DNA of 64,000 bases, from assembly GCA_963740355.1 (NCBI GenBank), contig CAVUDW010000001.1:119016-183015 (forward strand). Direction: 5' to 3'. Source of the DNA: an uncultured Gemmatimonadaceae bacterium. Lineage in GTDB: Bacteria > Gemmatimonadota > Gemmatimonadetes > Gemmatimonadales > Gemmatimonadaceae. The translations under genes and the position numbers were made by a program. Below the pieces are notes generated by a model, which was not told where the DNA came from, did no database searches, and saw nothing but the letters and a program-made list of their open reading frames with translations. Of this stretch, positions 46,751 to 55,152 are shown in pieces (position 1 is the stretch's first letter; the number at the start of each line of letters is the position of its first letter).

Positions 46751-47608
46751 CTACGCGGCGCGGGCGCGCCACTCGAGTGCGCGTGCGATCTGCGCGTCCA
46801 TCCAGGGTGCGGGCACATGCATGCAGCCGAGCGGCCGGAAACCGTCGAGCGCCCCATGCCAATCGGACCCACCACTCTTGAGGAGTCCGAAGTGATCACA
46901 GAGCGTCGCCAGACGCGCCAGGTCCTCGCTGCTGTGACTCGGGTGGCGGACTTCGACGCCGTCGAGACCGAGAGCCGCGTAGCGTCCGATCTTTTCCTTG
47001 TTGCCTTCACCCTGTGGATGCGCCCACACGGCAACGCCACCAGCGTCGTGAATCAGGGCGATGCCGTCCGCGAGTTCGATGCGCAGCTTGCCGACATTGG
47101 CGGGCTTGCCGTCGCCGAGATATCGGTCGAACGCTTCGCGCATGTCACGCGCCCAGCCGCCGGCGAGCAACGCACGCGCCACGTGCGGTCGTCCTACGGC
47201 GCCGCCTGCGGCTTCGTGCAGCACCATCTCCATCGTGACCGGCATGCCGAGCTTGTTCAGCTTGGCCACCATTTCGACGGCGCGATCGACGCGTGCCGCC
47301 TGCACGGCGATCAGCTGCTCGGCAAGCACATCGGTGTCCTGCAGGTGCAGGCCAAGCAGGTGCACTTCGCGCGCGCCATCGATGGTACTCAACTCGATGC
47401 CATGCACGAGGTGGATCCCGCACGCGTCAGCCGCGACCTGCGCTGCGGGCAACCCGTCGAGCGTGTCGTGATCGGTGACGGCGACGGCCTGAAGGTCGGC
47501 CGCCTTGGCCAGCGCGATCAGTTCTTCGGGGGTCGCCCTGCCATCGGACGCGGTCGTGTGCGAATGCAGGTCAACGTACGGCCCCTGCGGAGCCGTGAGC
47601 TCAGTCAC
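46751..47608 (-). CDS. PHP-domain phosphoesterase (TrpH/YciV-like)
   Basis: DLHSHTTASDG, TDHDT, GRPHVA, AHP, GGSDWHG. Confidence 0.92.
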   Translation of the reverse strand: MTELTAPQGPYVDLHSHTTASDGRATPEELIALAKAADLQAVAVTDHDTLDGLPAAQVAADACGIHLVHGIELSTIDGAREVHLLGLHLQDTDVLAEQLIAVQAARVDRAVEMVAKLNKLGMPVTMEMVLHEAAGGAVGRPHVARALLAGGWARDMREAFDRYLGDGKPANVGKLRIELADGIALIHDAGGVAVWAHPQGEGNKEKIGRYAALGLDGVEVRHPSHSSEDLARLATLCDHFGLLKSGGSDWHGALDGFRPLGCMHVPAPWMDAQIARALEWRARAA

Positions 47609-47874
47609 GATCGGTAACCGCCCTCTGGCGCACGCACACTTGCCTGCGAGGTGAGAAACAAGCGCAACAAGGTCGCGTCGGAGAGTGCATCGAATGACGC
47701 CTCACGCGAGCGTGTCGCCCGCGGCGAGTATCGCGAGAAACGGACTTCAGCCACCTCACCATCGAGGCGGGTGAAGACGACGCCGAACTCGTCGCCGAGC
47801 GACTGCGTGATGAATCCGCTCGGCGCGACCGCCCATTGCGCACCATCGTGGGAAATCGTTCGTGTCACGATCAT
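47605..47874 (-). CDS. Small hypothetical protein
   Basis: 4-bp overlaps with both neighbours; ATG at 47874. Confidence 0.75.
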   Translation of the reverse strand: MIVTRTISHDGAQWAVAPSGFITQSLGDEFGVVFTRLDGEVAEVRFSRYSPRATRSREASFDALSDATLLRLFLTSQASVRAPEGGYRS

Positions 47875-48131
47875 GACAGCGAGATCTCCTGATAGATGCG
47901 GTTGGCATCGAGCACCTGCTCGGGTGCACCCGCGAGGGCGGTCTGCAATGTGTCCCGATCCGGGGCCTCGGTGAACTCGATGAAGGCGCCATTCAAGGCC
48001 GCCTCCTCGAACACCCAGAAGTTGCACCCTGCCGTGGCGTAATACGCTTTGCGCTTCTGCAAACGCGCCATGTACCGCGCCCGTTCAGGCAGCGGCACAA
48101 TGGTGCGTTTCATGACGAGAGCGCGGGCCAC
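47871..48131 (-). CDS. Small hypothetical protein
   Basis: Operon-coupled between E2 and the 47605 gene. Confidence 0.75.
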   Translation of the reverse strand: MARALVMKRTIVPLPERARYMARLQKRKAYYATAGCNFWVFEEAALNGAFIEFTEAPDRDTLQTALAGAPEQVLDANRIYQEISLS

Positions 48132-48133
48132 GA

Positions 48134-49495
48134 TCAGACAGTTGGTTCAGGCATGGATTCCAGTGACCGCTTGAGATCTGCCATGAAGCGATCGGCATCG
48201 GCGCCATCGACGACCTTGTGGTCGAACGACATCGAGAAATAGGCACAGGTCCGGATCGCAATCGTATCCTCGCCGTCGGCGCCCGTGATCACCTTGGGGC
48301 GCTTCTCGATCGCACCAAGTCCAAGGATCGCCGTCGTCCCAACCGGGATGATCGGGGTGCCCATCAACGAGCCAAACACGCCTGGATTGGTGATCGTGAA
48401 GGTCGCCTGTGTGACCTCGTCAGGCTTCAACCCCTTCGAGCGGGCACGCGCCGCGAGATCATTGATGGCCTTCGTCAACCCACCAAGCGAGAGGTCGTCG
48501 GCGCGCTTGACGACCGGCACGATCAAGCCCGTCGGGTCGAGCGCAACAGCGATGCCGATGTTGTACTGCTTGCGGTAGATCATGTCGGTGCCATTGACGG
48601 CAGCGTTCATCATCGGGTGCCGCTTGAGCTGCGCAATCACCGCCTGCACGATGAACGGCAGGAAGGTGAGCTTCTGTCCGTTCTGGGCCTCGAAATCCTT
48701 GCGCATACCGGCGCGGATGCGGGCCACGCGCGTAAGGTCGATCTCGAAGAAGCTGGTCACGTGCGCCGCAACGCGACGCGCCTGCGACATGTGATCCGAG
48801 GTCAGTCGACGGATCTTCGACATCGGCTCGACGACATCGCCTGGCCAGACCTGTGCCGTTTGCGTCTCATGCGAGACTGAGGTGGCAGCGACAGCCGGGA
48901 TGCTCACCGACGTCGGGAGCGCCGCGATCGGGGCCGGCGGTGCCGGTTCCGGGGCAGCGGTGGCGGGCCCGGTTTCGAGATGCGCGAGGATGTCGCGCTT
49001 CGTGACCCGCCCTGCGATGCCCGAGCCGTTGATGCCGGCGATCTCGACACCGTGCTCGGCTGCAATCTTTCGGACCAGCGGCGAGGAGCGTGTCCGGAGG
49101 CGATCCTCGAGGCTGTTGGCGGCGTAGGCCGGCGTTGGAGCCGCGACTGGCGCGACAGGCACCGCGGCAGCGACCGGGGCGGCTGGCGCGGCCGTCACGG
49201 CAGCGGCCGGGGCCGCGGCAGGGGCGCTGGGCGCGACGACGACTGCGGCACCGACCTCGGTCTCGAGGCGTGCCACGATCGCCTGCACCGGCACCGTCAT
49301 CCCTTCGGTGACGATGATCTCCACCAGGATGCCGGCGGCGGGCGACGGAATTTCAGCATCGACCTTGTCGGTCGAAATCTCGAAGATGGCTTCATCGCGC
49401 TTCACCGCGTCGCCCGGCTTCTTCAGCCAGCGTGACAAGGTGCCTTCAGCGATGGATTCGCCCATCTGCGGCATTACGATATCAATACGAGCCAC
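48134..49495 (-). CDS. 2-oxoacid dehydrogenase E2 dihydrolipoamide acyltransferase
   Basis: Lipoyl motif EISTDKVDAE, E3-binding GSGIAGRVTKRDI, catalytic DHKVVDG. Confidence 0.95.
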   Translation of the reverse strand: MARIDIVMPQMGESIAEGTLSRWLKKPGDAVKRDEAIFEISTDKVDAEIPSPAAGILVEIIVTEGMTVPVQAIVARLETEVGAAVVVAPSAPAAAPAAAVTAAPAAPVAAAVPVAPVAAPTPAYAANSLEDRLRTRSSPLVRKIAAEHGVEIAGINGSGIAGRVTKRDILAHLETGPATAAPEPAPPAPIAALPTSVSIPAVAATSVSHETQTAQVWPGDVVEPMSKIRRLTSDHMSQARRVAAHVTSFFEIDLTRVARIRAGMRKDFEAQNGQKLTFLPFIVQAVIAQLKRHPMMNAAVNGTDMIYRKQYNIGIAVALDPTGLIVPVVKRADDLSLGGLTKAINDLAARARSKGLKPDEVTQATFTITNPGVFGSLMGTPIIPVGTTAILGLGAIEKRPKVITGADGEDTIAIRTCAYFSMSFDHKVVDGADADRFMADLKRSLESMPEPTV

Positions 49496-49509
49496 CAGCT
49501 CACCCTCAA

Positions 49510-49848
49510 TCAGACATTGCGGGAACGATCATGCGCAGCGTCACCACGTTTCAGGCGCCACAGCGAGACCGTCGGAAGGATAATCATGCCCACCACGCCG
49601 CCACGGGCGGCCCAGGTGAGCCAGTTGCATGTAGGTAAGCCCTCGCACTGCGGTTCGTTGAGGGCCTGCGACACGATCTTGGCGATCAGGACGGAAATCA
49701 TGCCGCCGCCGAAAAAGCCGATGAACGTGGTAAAACATCCAACGCCGATATTTCGATAGCGTCGTCCAGAAATATCGTCGTCGGGCTGCGCCTGCTGGGG
49801 CTTGGACTGCGGATCCGTCACGTTCGTGTCTGGTTCAGTATCGGGCAA
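49510..49848 (-). CDS. Hypothetical 2-TM membrane protein
   Basis: Two hydrophobic helices with a CEGLPTC loop; overlaps the E1-beta stop. Confidence 0.7.
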   Translation of the reverse strand: MPDTEPDTNVTDPQSKPQQAQPDDDISGRRYRNIGVGCFTTFIGFFGGGMISVLIAKIVSQALNEPQCEGLPTCNWLTWAARGGVVGMIILPTVSLWRLKRGDAAHDRSRNV

Positions 49849-50812
49849 GGTGCCGGGCCACGGTGACGATGTCGCTCACCTGGGGCAGCACAAAGTCTTC
49901 GAGCGGGGGAGAATAGGGCAGCGGCACGTCGTGTGCCGTCACGCGGAGGACCGGCGCGTCGAGCCACTCGAAACAGGTCTCGTTGATGCGCGCCGTGATC
50001 TCACCGGCGATACCGCCGGTCCGGGTGTCCTCGTGCACCACCATCACCCGGTTGGTCTTCTTGACCGTCGCCACGATCGCCTCGTCGTCCATCGGCAGCA
50101 GCGTGCGCAGGTCGATCACCTCGACCGAAATGCCGTCCTCGCGCTCGAGCTGTTCTGCCGCCTCGAGCGCCTTCCACACCGTGGCGGCGTAGGTGATGAT
50201 CGAGACGTCCTTCCCTTCCCGGGCCACACGGGCCTTGCCGATCGGCACGACATGATCGCCCGCTGGCATCACGTCCTTGACGCGGCGGTACAGATACTTG
50301 TGCTCGAAGAAGAGCACGCAGTCGTCGTCGCGGATGGCGGCCTTCATCAGGCCCTTGGCGTCCGACGCAGTGGCTGGGTACACGATCTTGAGGCCCGGCG
50401 TGTGGAGAAACGCTGCCTCGGGATTCTGTGAGTGAAACGGACCACCACGCACATACCCACCGCTCGGACCACGCACCACCATGGGGCATGGGAGAAAGGC
50501 GCGGTATCGGGCGGTCGCGACATAGTTCGTGAGCATGTCGTAGCCACACGAGATGAAGTCGATGAACTGCAGCTCCACCACCGGGCGCAGGCCCATGTGC
50601 GACGCGCCCGCCGCCGCACCGATGATCGCGGCCTCGGAGATCGGCGTGTCGATCACCCGCTGTTCGCCGAATTTCGCCAGCAATCCCTCGGTGACCTTGA
50701 ACGCGCCACCGAAGGCACCAATGTCCTCGCCAAGGCAGAAGACGTTCGCGTCGCGCTCCATCTCCTCGAAGATCGCCTCGCGGATGGCTTCGAGATAGGT
50801 GATCTCAGCCAT
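49835..50812 (-). CDS. 2-oxoacid dehydrogenase E1 beta subunit
   Basis: GEDIG, DTPISE, ELQFIDF, HSQNPE. Confidence 0.95.
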   Translation of the reverse strand: MAEITYLEAIREAIFEEMERDANVFCLGEDIGAFGGAFKVTEGLLAKFGEQRVIDTPISEAAIIGAAAGASHMGLRPVVELQFIDFISCGYDMLTNYVATARYRAFLPCPMVVRGPSGGYVRGGPFHSQNPEAAFLHTPGLKIVYPATASDAKGLMKAAIRDDDCVLFFEHKYLYRRVKDVMPAGDHVVPIGKARVAREGKDVSIITYAATVWKALEAAEQLEREDGISVEVIDLRTLLPMDDEAIVATVKKTNRVMVVHEDTRTGGIAGEITARINETCFEWLDAPVLRVTAHDVPLPYSPPLEDFVLPQVSDIVTVARHLARY

Positions 50813-51953
50813 CGTGCGTCCCCCAGCTGGCCGGCCGTTCGTTCTTCTCGACGGCGGCCCGCACCCCTTCGCGATACCAGTGCGGCGGGAGCGACGCGGG
50901 TTCGCCATAAATACCGATGAGCGCGTCGAGCGGCTCCGGCATGGGGCTCCTCTCGGCTTCATCGGTCGCGGCATCGATCTCCGCCGCCACCGATGCGTCG
51001 ATCGCTGCGAATTCGCCTTCGGTCACACCATCATGTTCCGTCAGCCAGGCCACGAAGCGATCGATGGGGTCGTTGTTGGCCGCCCACCACTCGATCTCGC
51101 CAGTCGGCACGTAGGACTGGTTGTCGTGCTCTGCATGGCCCTTGCGGCGATACGTGATCAGCTCGACGAGCGTCGGTCCGCCGCCGGCACGCGCGCGATC
51201 CACCGCCGCCTTCGTGACATCGTAGACGGCCAGCACGTCGTTGCCATCGGCTTGCACGCCAGCAATGCCGTACCCCAGTGCCTTATCCATGAAGGAGTTG
51301 GCCGCGGTCTGCTTGCCGGTCGGCGTCGAATAGGCGTAGCCGTTGTTTTCGACGATCACGACCAGCGGCACCTTCTGCACGGCGGCGAAGTTGACGCCCT
51401 CGTGGAAGGCGCCCGTCGAGGTGGCACCGTCGCCGATGTACACCAGCACCACGCGATCCTCGCCACGCATCTTGAACGAGAGCGCGATGCCGGCCATCAC
51501 CGGGATCATGTCTCCAAGGTGCGAGATCTGTCCGACGAACCCGCGGACCAGGTCACCGAAGTGAATGTTGAGTTCCCGGCCACGCGTCGGTGAATCCCCT
51601 TTCGCCATGTACTGGCGCAGGATCTCGAGCGGCGTTGCGCCCTTCACCAGCATCGACCCCATGTTGCGGATCAGCGGCGACATGATGTCGCGACGCTCGA
51701 GCGCGAAGGCGCTGCCGACGGCGTCGGCTTCCTGCCCCAGTGACCGGAACAACCCGCCGACCACCTTCGTCTGTCGGTAGAGCGCGACGAGGCGTTCCTC
51801 GAGCGTGCGCGTCATGCGCATGTGCCGATACAACTCGAGGCGCTGTGCGCGGGTGAGCAGGTCGGCATGCGGGCGCGCCGACCGCGCGGCACCGCTGTCC
51901 GCGTCTGGTGCGAGCATCGCGTCGAAGTCGAGCGGATGCGCGGGAAACTCCAC
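50805..51953 (-). CDS. 2-oxoacid dehydrogenase E1 alpha subunit
   Basis: TPP motif GDGATSTG...ENNGYA; TYRRKGHAEHD. Confidence 0.95.
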   Translation of the reverse strand: MEFPAHPLDFDAMLAPDADSGAARSARPHADLLTRAQRLELYRHMRMTRTLEERLVALYRQTKVVGGLFRSLGQEADAVGSAFALERRDIMSPLIRNMGSMLVKGATPLEILRQYMAKGDSPTRGRELNIHFGDLVRGFVGQISHLGDMIPVMAGIALSFKMRGEDRVVLVYIGDGATSTGAFHEGVNFAAVQKVPLVVIVENNGYAYSTPTGKQTAANSFMDKALGYGIAGVQADGNDVLAVYDVTKAAVDRARAGGGPTLVELITYRRKGHAEHDNQSYVPTGEIEWWAANNDPIDRFVAWLTEHDGVTEGEFAAIDASVAAEIDAATDEAERSPMPEPLDALIGIYGEPASLPPHWYREGVRAAVEKNERPASWGTHDG

Positions 51954-51954
51954 G

Positions 51955-52248
51955 TCAGTACCCTACCGTGGGGACGTGATGCGGATCGGCAGCGCGGTGC
52001 ACACGATTGAAGAACTTCTTCACATTCTTGTCGAGCCGACTCTCGCCGATCTGGTCGGTGTAGGCCTCGACGAGCGTGTAATGGCCACCGTCGCTGCGAA
52101 CCTTGAGTTGCAAGGTGCCAAGGTCGCCCGTGAAGGTGCGCGTGCGCATGGTGTCGGCCGTGCCGCGCAGGCCAAGCGCCTTGAAGTGATCGTCGGCAAG
52201 CGCGATCACATCGGCAGGCAGAATCGAGGTGCGGTGAAAGAGTCGCAT
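51955..52248 (-). CDS. Small hypothetical protein
   Basis: ATG at 52248; tight operon spacing. Confidence 0.7.
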   Translation of the reverse strand: MRLFHRTSILPADVIALADDHFKALGLRGTADTMRTRTFTGDLGTLQLKVRSDGGHYTLVEAYTDQIGESRLDKNVKKFFNRVHRAADPHHVPTVGY

Positions 52249-52252
52249 GGGA

Positions 52253-52756
52253 TCAACGTGCGTTGCGGACTGACTGCAACCAGTCCATGGTCTCGAGCTT
52301 CTTGGTGGTGTCACGCCGGAACTGCAGGCCGATAGCCCACTCGCCGGCGGTCACGAAGTTGAGCTTCGCATAGTACGTGCCCGGTTCCGGCCCACGTTCG
52401 AGGCCGTCGAACACCTTCACGCTGTCGTGGCTCATGGCGTAGATGCGGCCTTCGCCATTCTCGACCGGCGCGCCGGACTCCTTGTCCGACACGACGACCT
52501 TCACGATCACGTCCTCGCGCGCAAACGGCGGGCGCGGTGTGAGCCGGATGCGGAACGATAGGTCGTCCGTCCACATCCGGGTGTCGATCGCGGCCTGCGG
52601 ATCCTTCGCCGTACACGCGGCCAGGAGCATGACCGCGACCACAGCAGGCACCGCGCGGCGCGCCACCTGCGCCACACGGGCCAGCATGCCGAGCGGCGCA
52701 CCGGCGCCGTTCCGGCGAGGCGCGACCAGCGGTTGCGTCGCGCTGCCGGACGTCAT
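52253..52756 (-). CDS. FixH/YtkA-like Ig-fold lipoprotein
   Basis: Lipobox LLAAC; EPGTYYAKLNFVTAGEW. Confidence 0.65.
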   Translation of the reverse strand: MTSGSATQPLVAPRRNGAGAPLGMLARVAQVARRAVPAVVAVMLLAACTAKDPQAAIDTRMWTDDLSFRIRLTPRPPFAREDVIVKVVVSDKESGAPVENGEGRIYAMSHDSVKVFDGLERGPEPGTYYAKLNFVTAGEWAIGLQFRRDTTKKLETMDWLQSVRNAR

Positions 52757-54084
52757 CAGGTGTAGTACTCCAGGCCGAGATGCGTGATCTGGTCCTCGCC
52801 CATCAGGAAGCGCAGCGTGTTCTTGAGCTTCGTCTGCTGGATGAACAGGTCGTGCTCCGGCTGCAAGCCCGGCGCCGCCATGGGGCTCTTGTAGTAGAAC
52901 GACAGCCATTCCTGGATCCCCTTCATGCCAGCGCGATGGGCGAAGTCGCTGAACAGCGCCAGGTCGAGCACGATCGGCGCCGCCAGGATCGAGTCGCGAC
53001 AGAGGAAGTTCACCTTGATCTGCATCGGGTAGCCCATCCACCCGACGATGTCGATGTTGTCCCAGCCTTCCTTGTTGTCGCCGCGCGGCGGATAGTAGTT
53101 GATCCGCACCACGTGCGAGAAATCCTTGTACAGCTCGGGTAGACTTCCGGCTGCAGGATGTTGTGCAGCACCGACAGCTTCGACTCTTCCTTGGTCTTGA
53201 ACGACGCCGGATCGTCGAGCACTTCGCCGTCGCGGTTGCCGAGGATGTTCGTCGAGTACCAGCCGTCGAGGCCGAGCATGCGCGCCTTGAGGCCGGGCGC
53301 GATGACGGTCTTCATCCAGGTCTGGCCCGGTCTTGAAGTCCTTGCCGCTGACCGGGACGCCACGCTCGTTGGCGAGCTGCAACATGCACGGCAGGTCGAC
53401 CGTCAGGTTCGGTGCGCCATTGCAGAACGGCACGTTCTCCATCAACGCCGCCCACGCGTAGAGCATCGACGGGGCGATCGCAGGATCGTTCTCCTCCATC
53501 GCCTTCTCGAACGTTTCCACGGTGTCGTGCTGCGGGCCTGGCTTGATGAACGCCTCGGTGCTCGCGCACCAGACGATGACCAGTCGATCGCAGCCGTTGG
53601 CCGCCTTGAATTCGCGCATGTCGGCGCGCAGCTGCTCGGCGATGTCGCGATACGTCGGCCCAGTCTTGACGTTGTCGACGCCGAGCAAGCGGGTCACGAA
53701 CCGCGACTCGAAGGCGGCCTTCATCGGCTTGATGCCGGTGAGGAAGTCCTTCAGCGGCTCGAGGTGTTCAGCGGATAGCACGCCGGCCTTCTTGGCGGCG
53801 GTGTACGCGTCATCGGAAATCGGATCCCAGGCCCCGAACACGATGTCACCGAGCCCTGCCAGCGGCACGAAATCCTTGATCAGCGGCGACCGGTGCTCGG
53901 TGCGCTTGCCGAGGCGAATCGTGGCCATCTGCGTCAGCGATCCGATCGGGCTGGTGTGGCCGCGACGGATGCTTTCGACGCCCGCCATGAACGTGGTGGC
54001 AACCGCACCGAGACCGGGGGTCAGGATGCCAAGTTTGCCAGTGGCAGGAGCGATGGACGTCGGACGAGTGAGCGAACCGGGCAC
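52756..54084 (-). CDS. ino1: myo-Inositol-1-phosphate synthase (compensating frameshifts about 53330-53140)
   Basis: GLGAVATT, WCASTE, GKDFKTGQT, STNILGNRDG (alternate frame), RDSILAAPIVLDL. Confidence 0.93.
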   Translation of the reverse strand: MPGSLTRPTSIAPATGKLGILTPGLGAVATTFMAGVESIRRGHTSPIGSLTQMATIRLGKRTEHRSPLIKDFVPLAGLGDIVFGAWDPISDDAYTAAKKAGVLSAEHLEPLKDFLTGIKPMKAAFESRFVTRLLGVDNVKTGPTYRDIAEQLRADMREFKAANGCDRLVIVWCASTEAFIKPGPQHDTVETFEKAMEENDPAIAPSMLYAWAALMENVPFCNGAPNLTVDLPCMLQLANERGVPVSGKDFKTGPDLDEDRHRARPQGAHARPRRLVLDEHPRQPRRRSARRSGVVQDQGRVEAVGAAQHPAAGSLPELYKDFSHVVRINYYPPRGDNKEGWDNIDIVGWMGYPMQIKVNFLCRDSILAAPIVLDLALFSDFAHRAGMKGIQEWLSFYYKSPMAAPGLQPEHDLFIQQTKLKNTLRFLMGEDQITHLGLEYYT

Positions 54085-54117
54085 GTGGTGAAATCTCCAG
54101 GGGGAAAAGCGACGCCT

Positions 54118-54846
54118 TCAGGGGGCGACGGGAGCCGGCACATCATCGGACAGCGACGTGGGTGTCGCTGGTGATGCTGCACTGGGAGCGCGCGACGCGA
54201 GCGACGGCTCACGGGCCAGATCGGCCTCGCGCGTGACGTTGTAGACGAAGAGGATGCGCTGGATGGCCGTGATCCAGGCCGTGACCGCCAGCAGTGTGAC
54301 GATGCCCGCCAGCACCCACCCATTGAGCGCGAGTCCGAAGAACGCCTGGGGTGCCGAGAGCAGGGTGACGCGTTCCGGCCGCTGCATGATGCCGACCTTG
54401 GCATCGAGCCCCAGCGATTCGGCGCGGGCGCGCGTGTACGACGTGAGGAAGGTGCCAATCAGGCCCGCGATCGTGATCGAGAGCATGATCGGGCTGTGAT
54501 GCACGGGGTTGATGCCGTAGAACACGGCGAGCCCGCCCAGCACAAAACCATCCGCGACCCGATCCAGTGTCGAGTCGTAGAAGGCGCCGAACGTCGTGCT
54601 TCGCCCGGTGCGGCGCGCCACGGTCCCATCGAGTACGTCGAAGAGTGCCGTCAGGCCGAGGAACCACCCCGCCGTCGAGATGTGGCCACTGGCGAAGATC
54701 ACGCCGGAGATCATGGTGCAGATCGTCCCGACGGTGGTAATCAGGTTCGGGCTGACGCGATGGCGCACAAGAAAATCCGCCACCGGCGCGATCACGCGCA
54801 GGTAACCAGCCTTGATCGCATCCCAGACTGCAACGAGCATGGCCAT
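54118..54846 (-). CDS. CDP-alcohol phosphatidyltransferase (probable phosphatidylinositol-phosphate synthase)
   Basis: DVLDGTVARRTG...GAFYDSTLDRVAD; SYTRARAESLG...GIMQRPER as in actinobacterial PgsA; adjacent to ino1. Confidence 0.9.
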   Translation of the reverse strand: MAMLVAVWDAIKAGYLRVIAPVADFLVRHRVSPNLITTVGTICTMISGVIFASGHISTAGWFLGLTALFDVLDGTVARRTGRSTTFGAFYDSTLDRVADGFVLGGLAVFYGINPVHHSPIMLSITIAGLIGTFLTSYTRARAESLGLDAKVGIMQRPERVTLLSAPQAFFGLALNGWVLAGIVTLLAVTAWITAIQRILFVYNVTREADLAREPSLASRAPSAASPATPTSLSDDVPAPVAP

Positions 54847-54880
54847 GAGGTGGCGGAGAAACAGACGAAGACAACGGCTA

Positions 54881-54927
54881 CGAAAACGAACGCCCCCCGG
54901 CATCTCCGCCGTGAGGGCATGCGGGGC
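54881..54927 (-). terminator. Terminator-like hairpin in the pgsA/ino1 leader
   Basis: Minus strand GCCCCGCAT...ATGCCGGGGGGC followed by GTTCGTTTTCG. Confidence 0.45.
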
Positions 54928-54967
54928 CTCAGTCCGAGAACTGAAACGCAGATAGAGAAGCTTAGAG

Positions 54968-55078
54968 GCGGGACTTGAATGCAGCAACGGCGGCGTCCGC
55001 TACTTCGTGCCGTAGAGCCCGCCGTTCCGCTCGGTTCTCGCGGTAGCCGTGGCTACCCTTCTGCCATTCCAGGCCCGC
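54968..55078 (-). ncRNA. Candidate structured RNA (riboswitch-like leader or sRNA), family not recognised
   Basis: Closing stem GCGGGCCTGGAATGGCAG/CTGCATTCAAGTCCCGC; hairpin GGTAGC-CACG-GCTACC; stem AACGGCGG/CCGCCGTT enclosing CTAC-GGCACGAA-GTAG. Confidence 0.6.
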
Positions 55079-55152
55079 GCCGCAAGGATTGATCGAGCGG
55101 GAGTACCCGAGCCTGATCACGTCGCACTTTTTCACTTTCGTTCAGTCCACAC

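Noticed and set aside
54968..55078. tRNA or SRP identity for the ino1-leader RNA
   Set aside because: No cloverleaf despite TTCAAGTC; lacks the SRP CAGG...GGAA...AGCAG helix.
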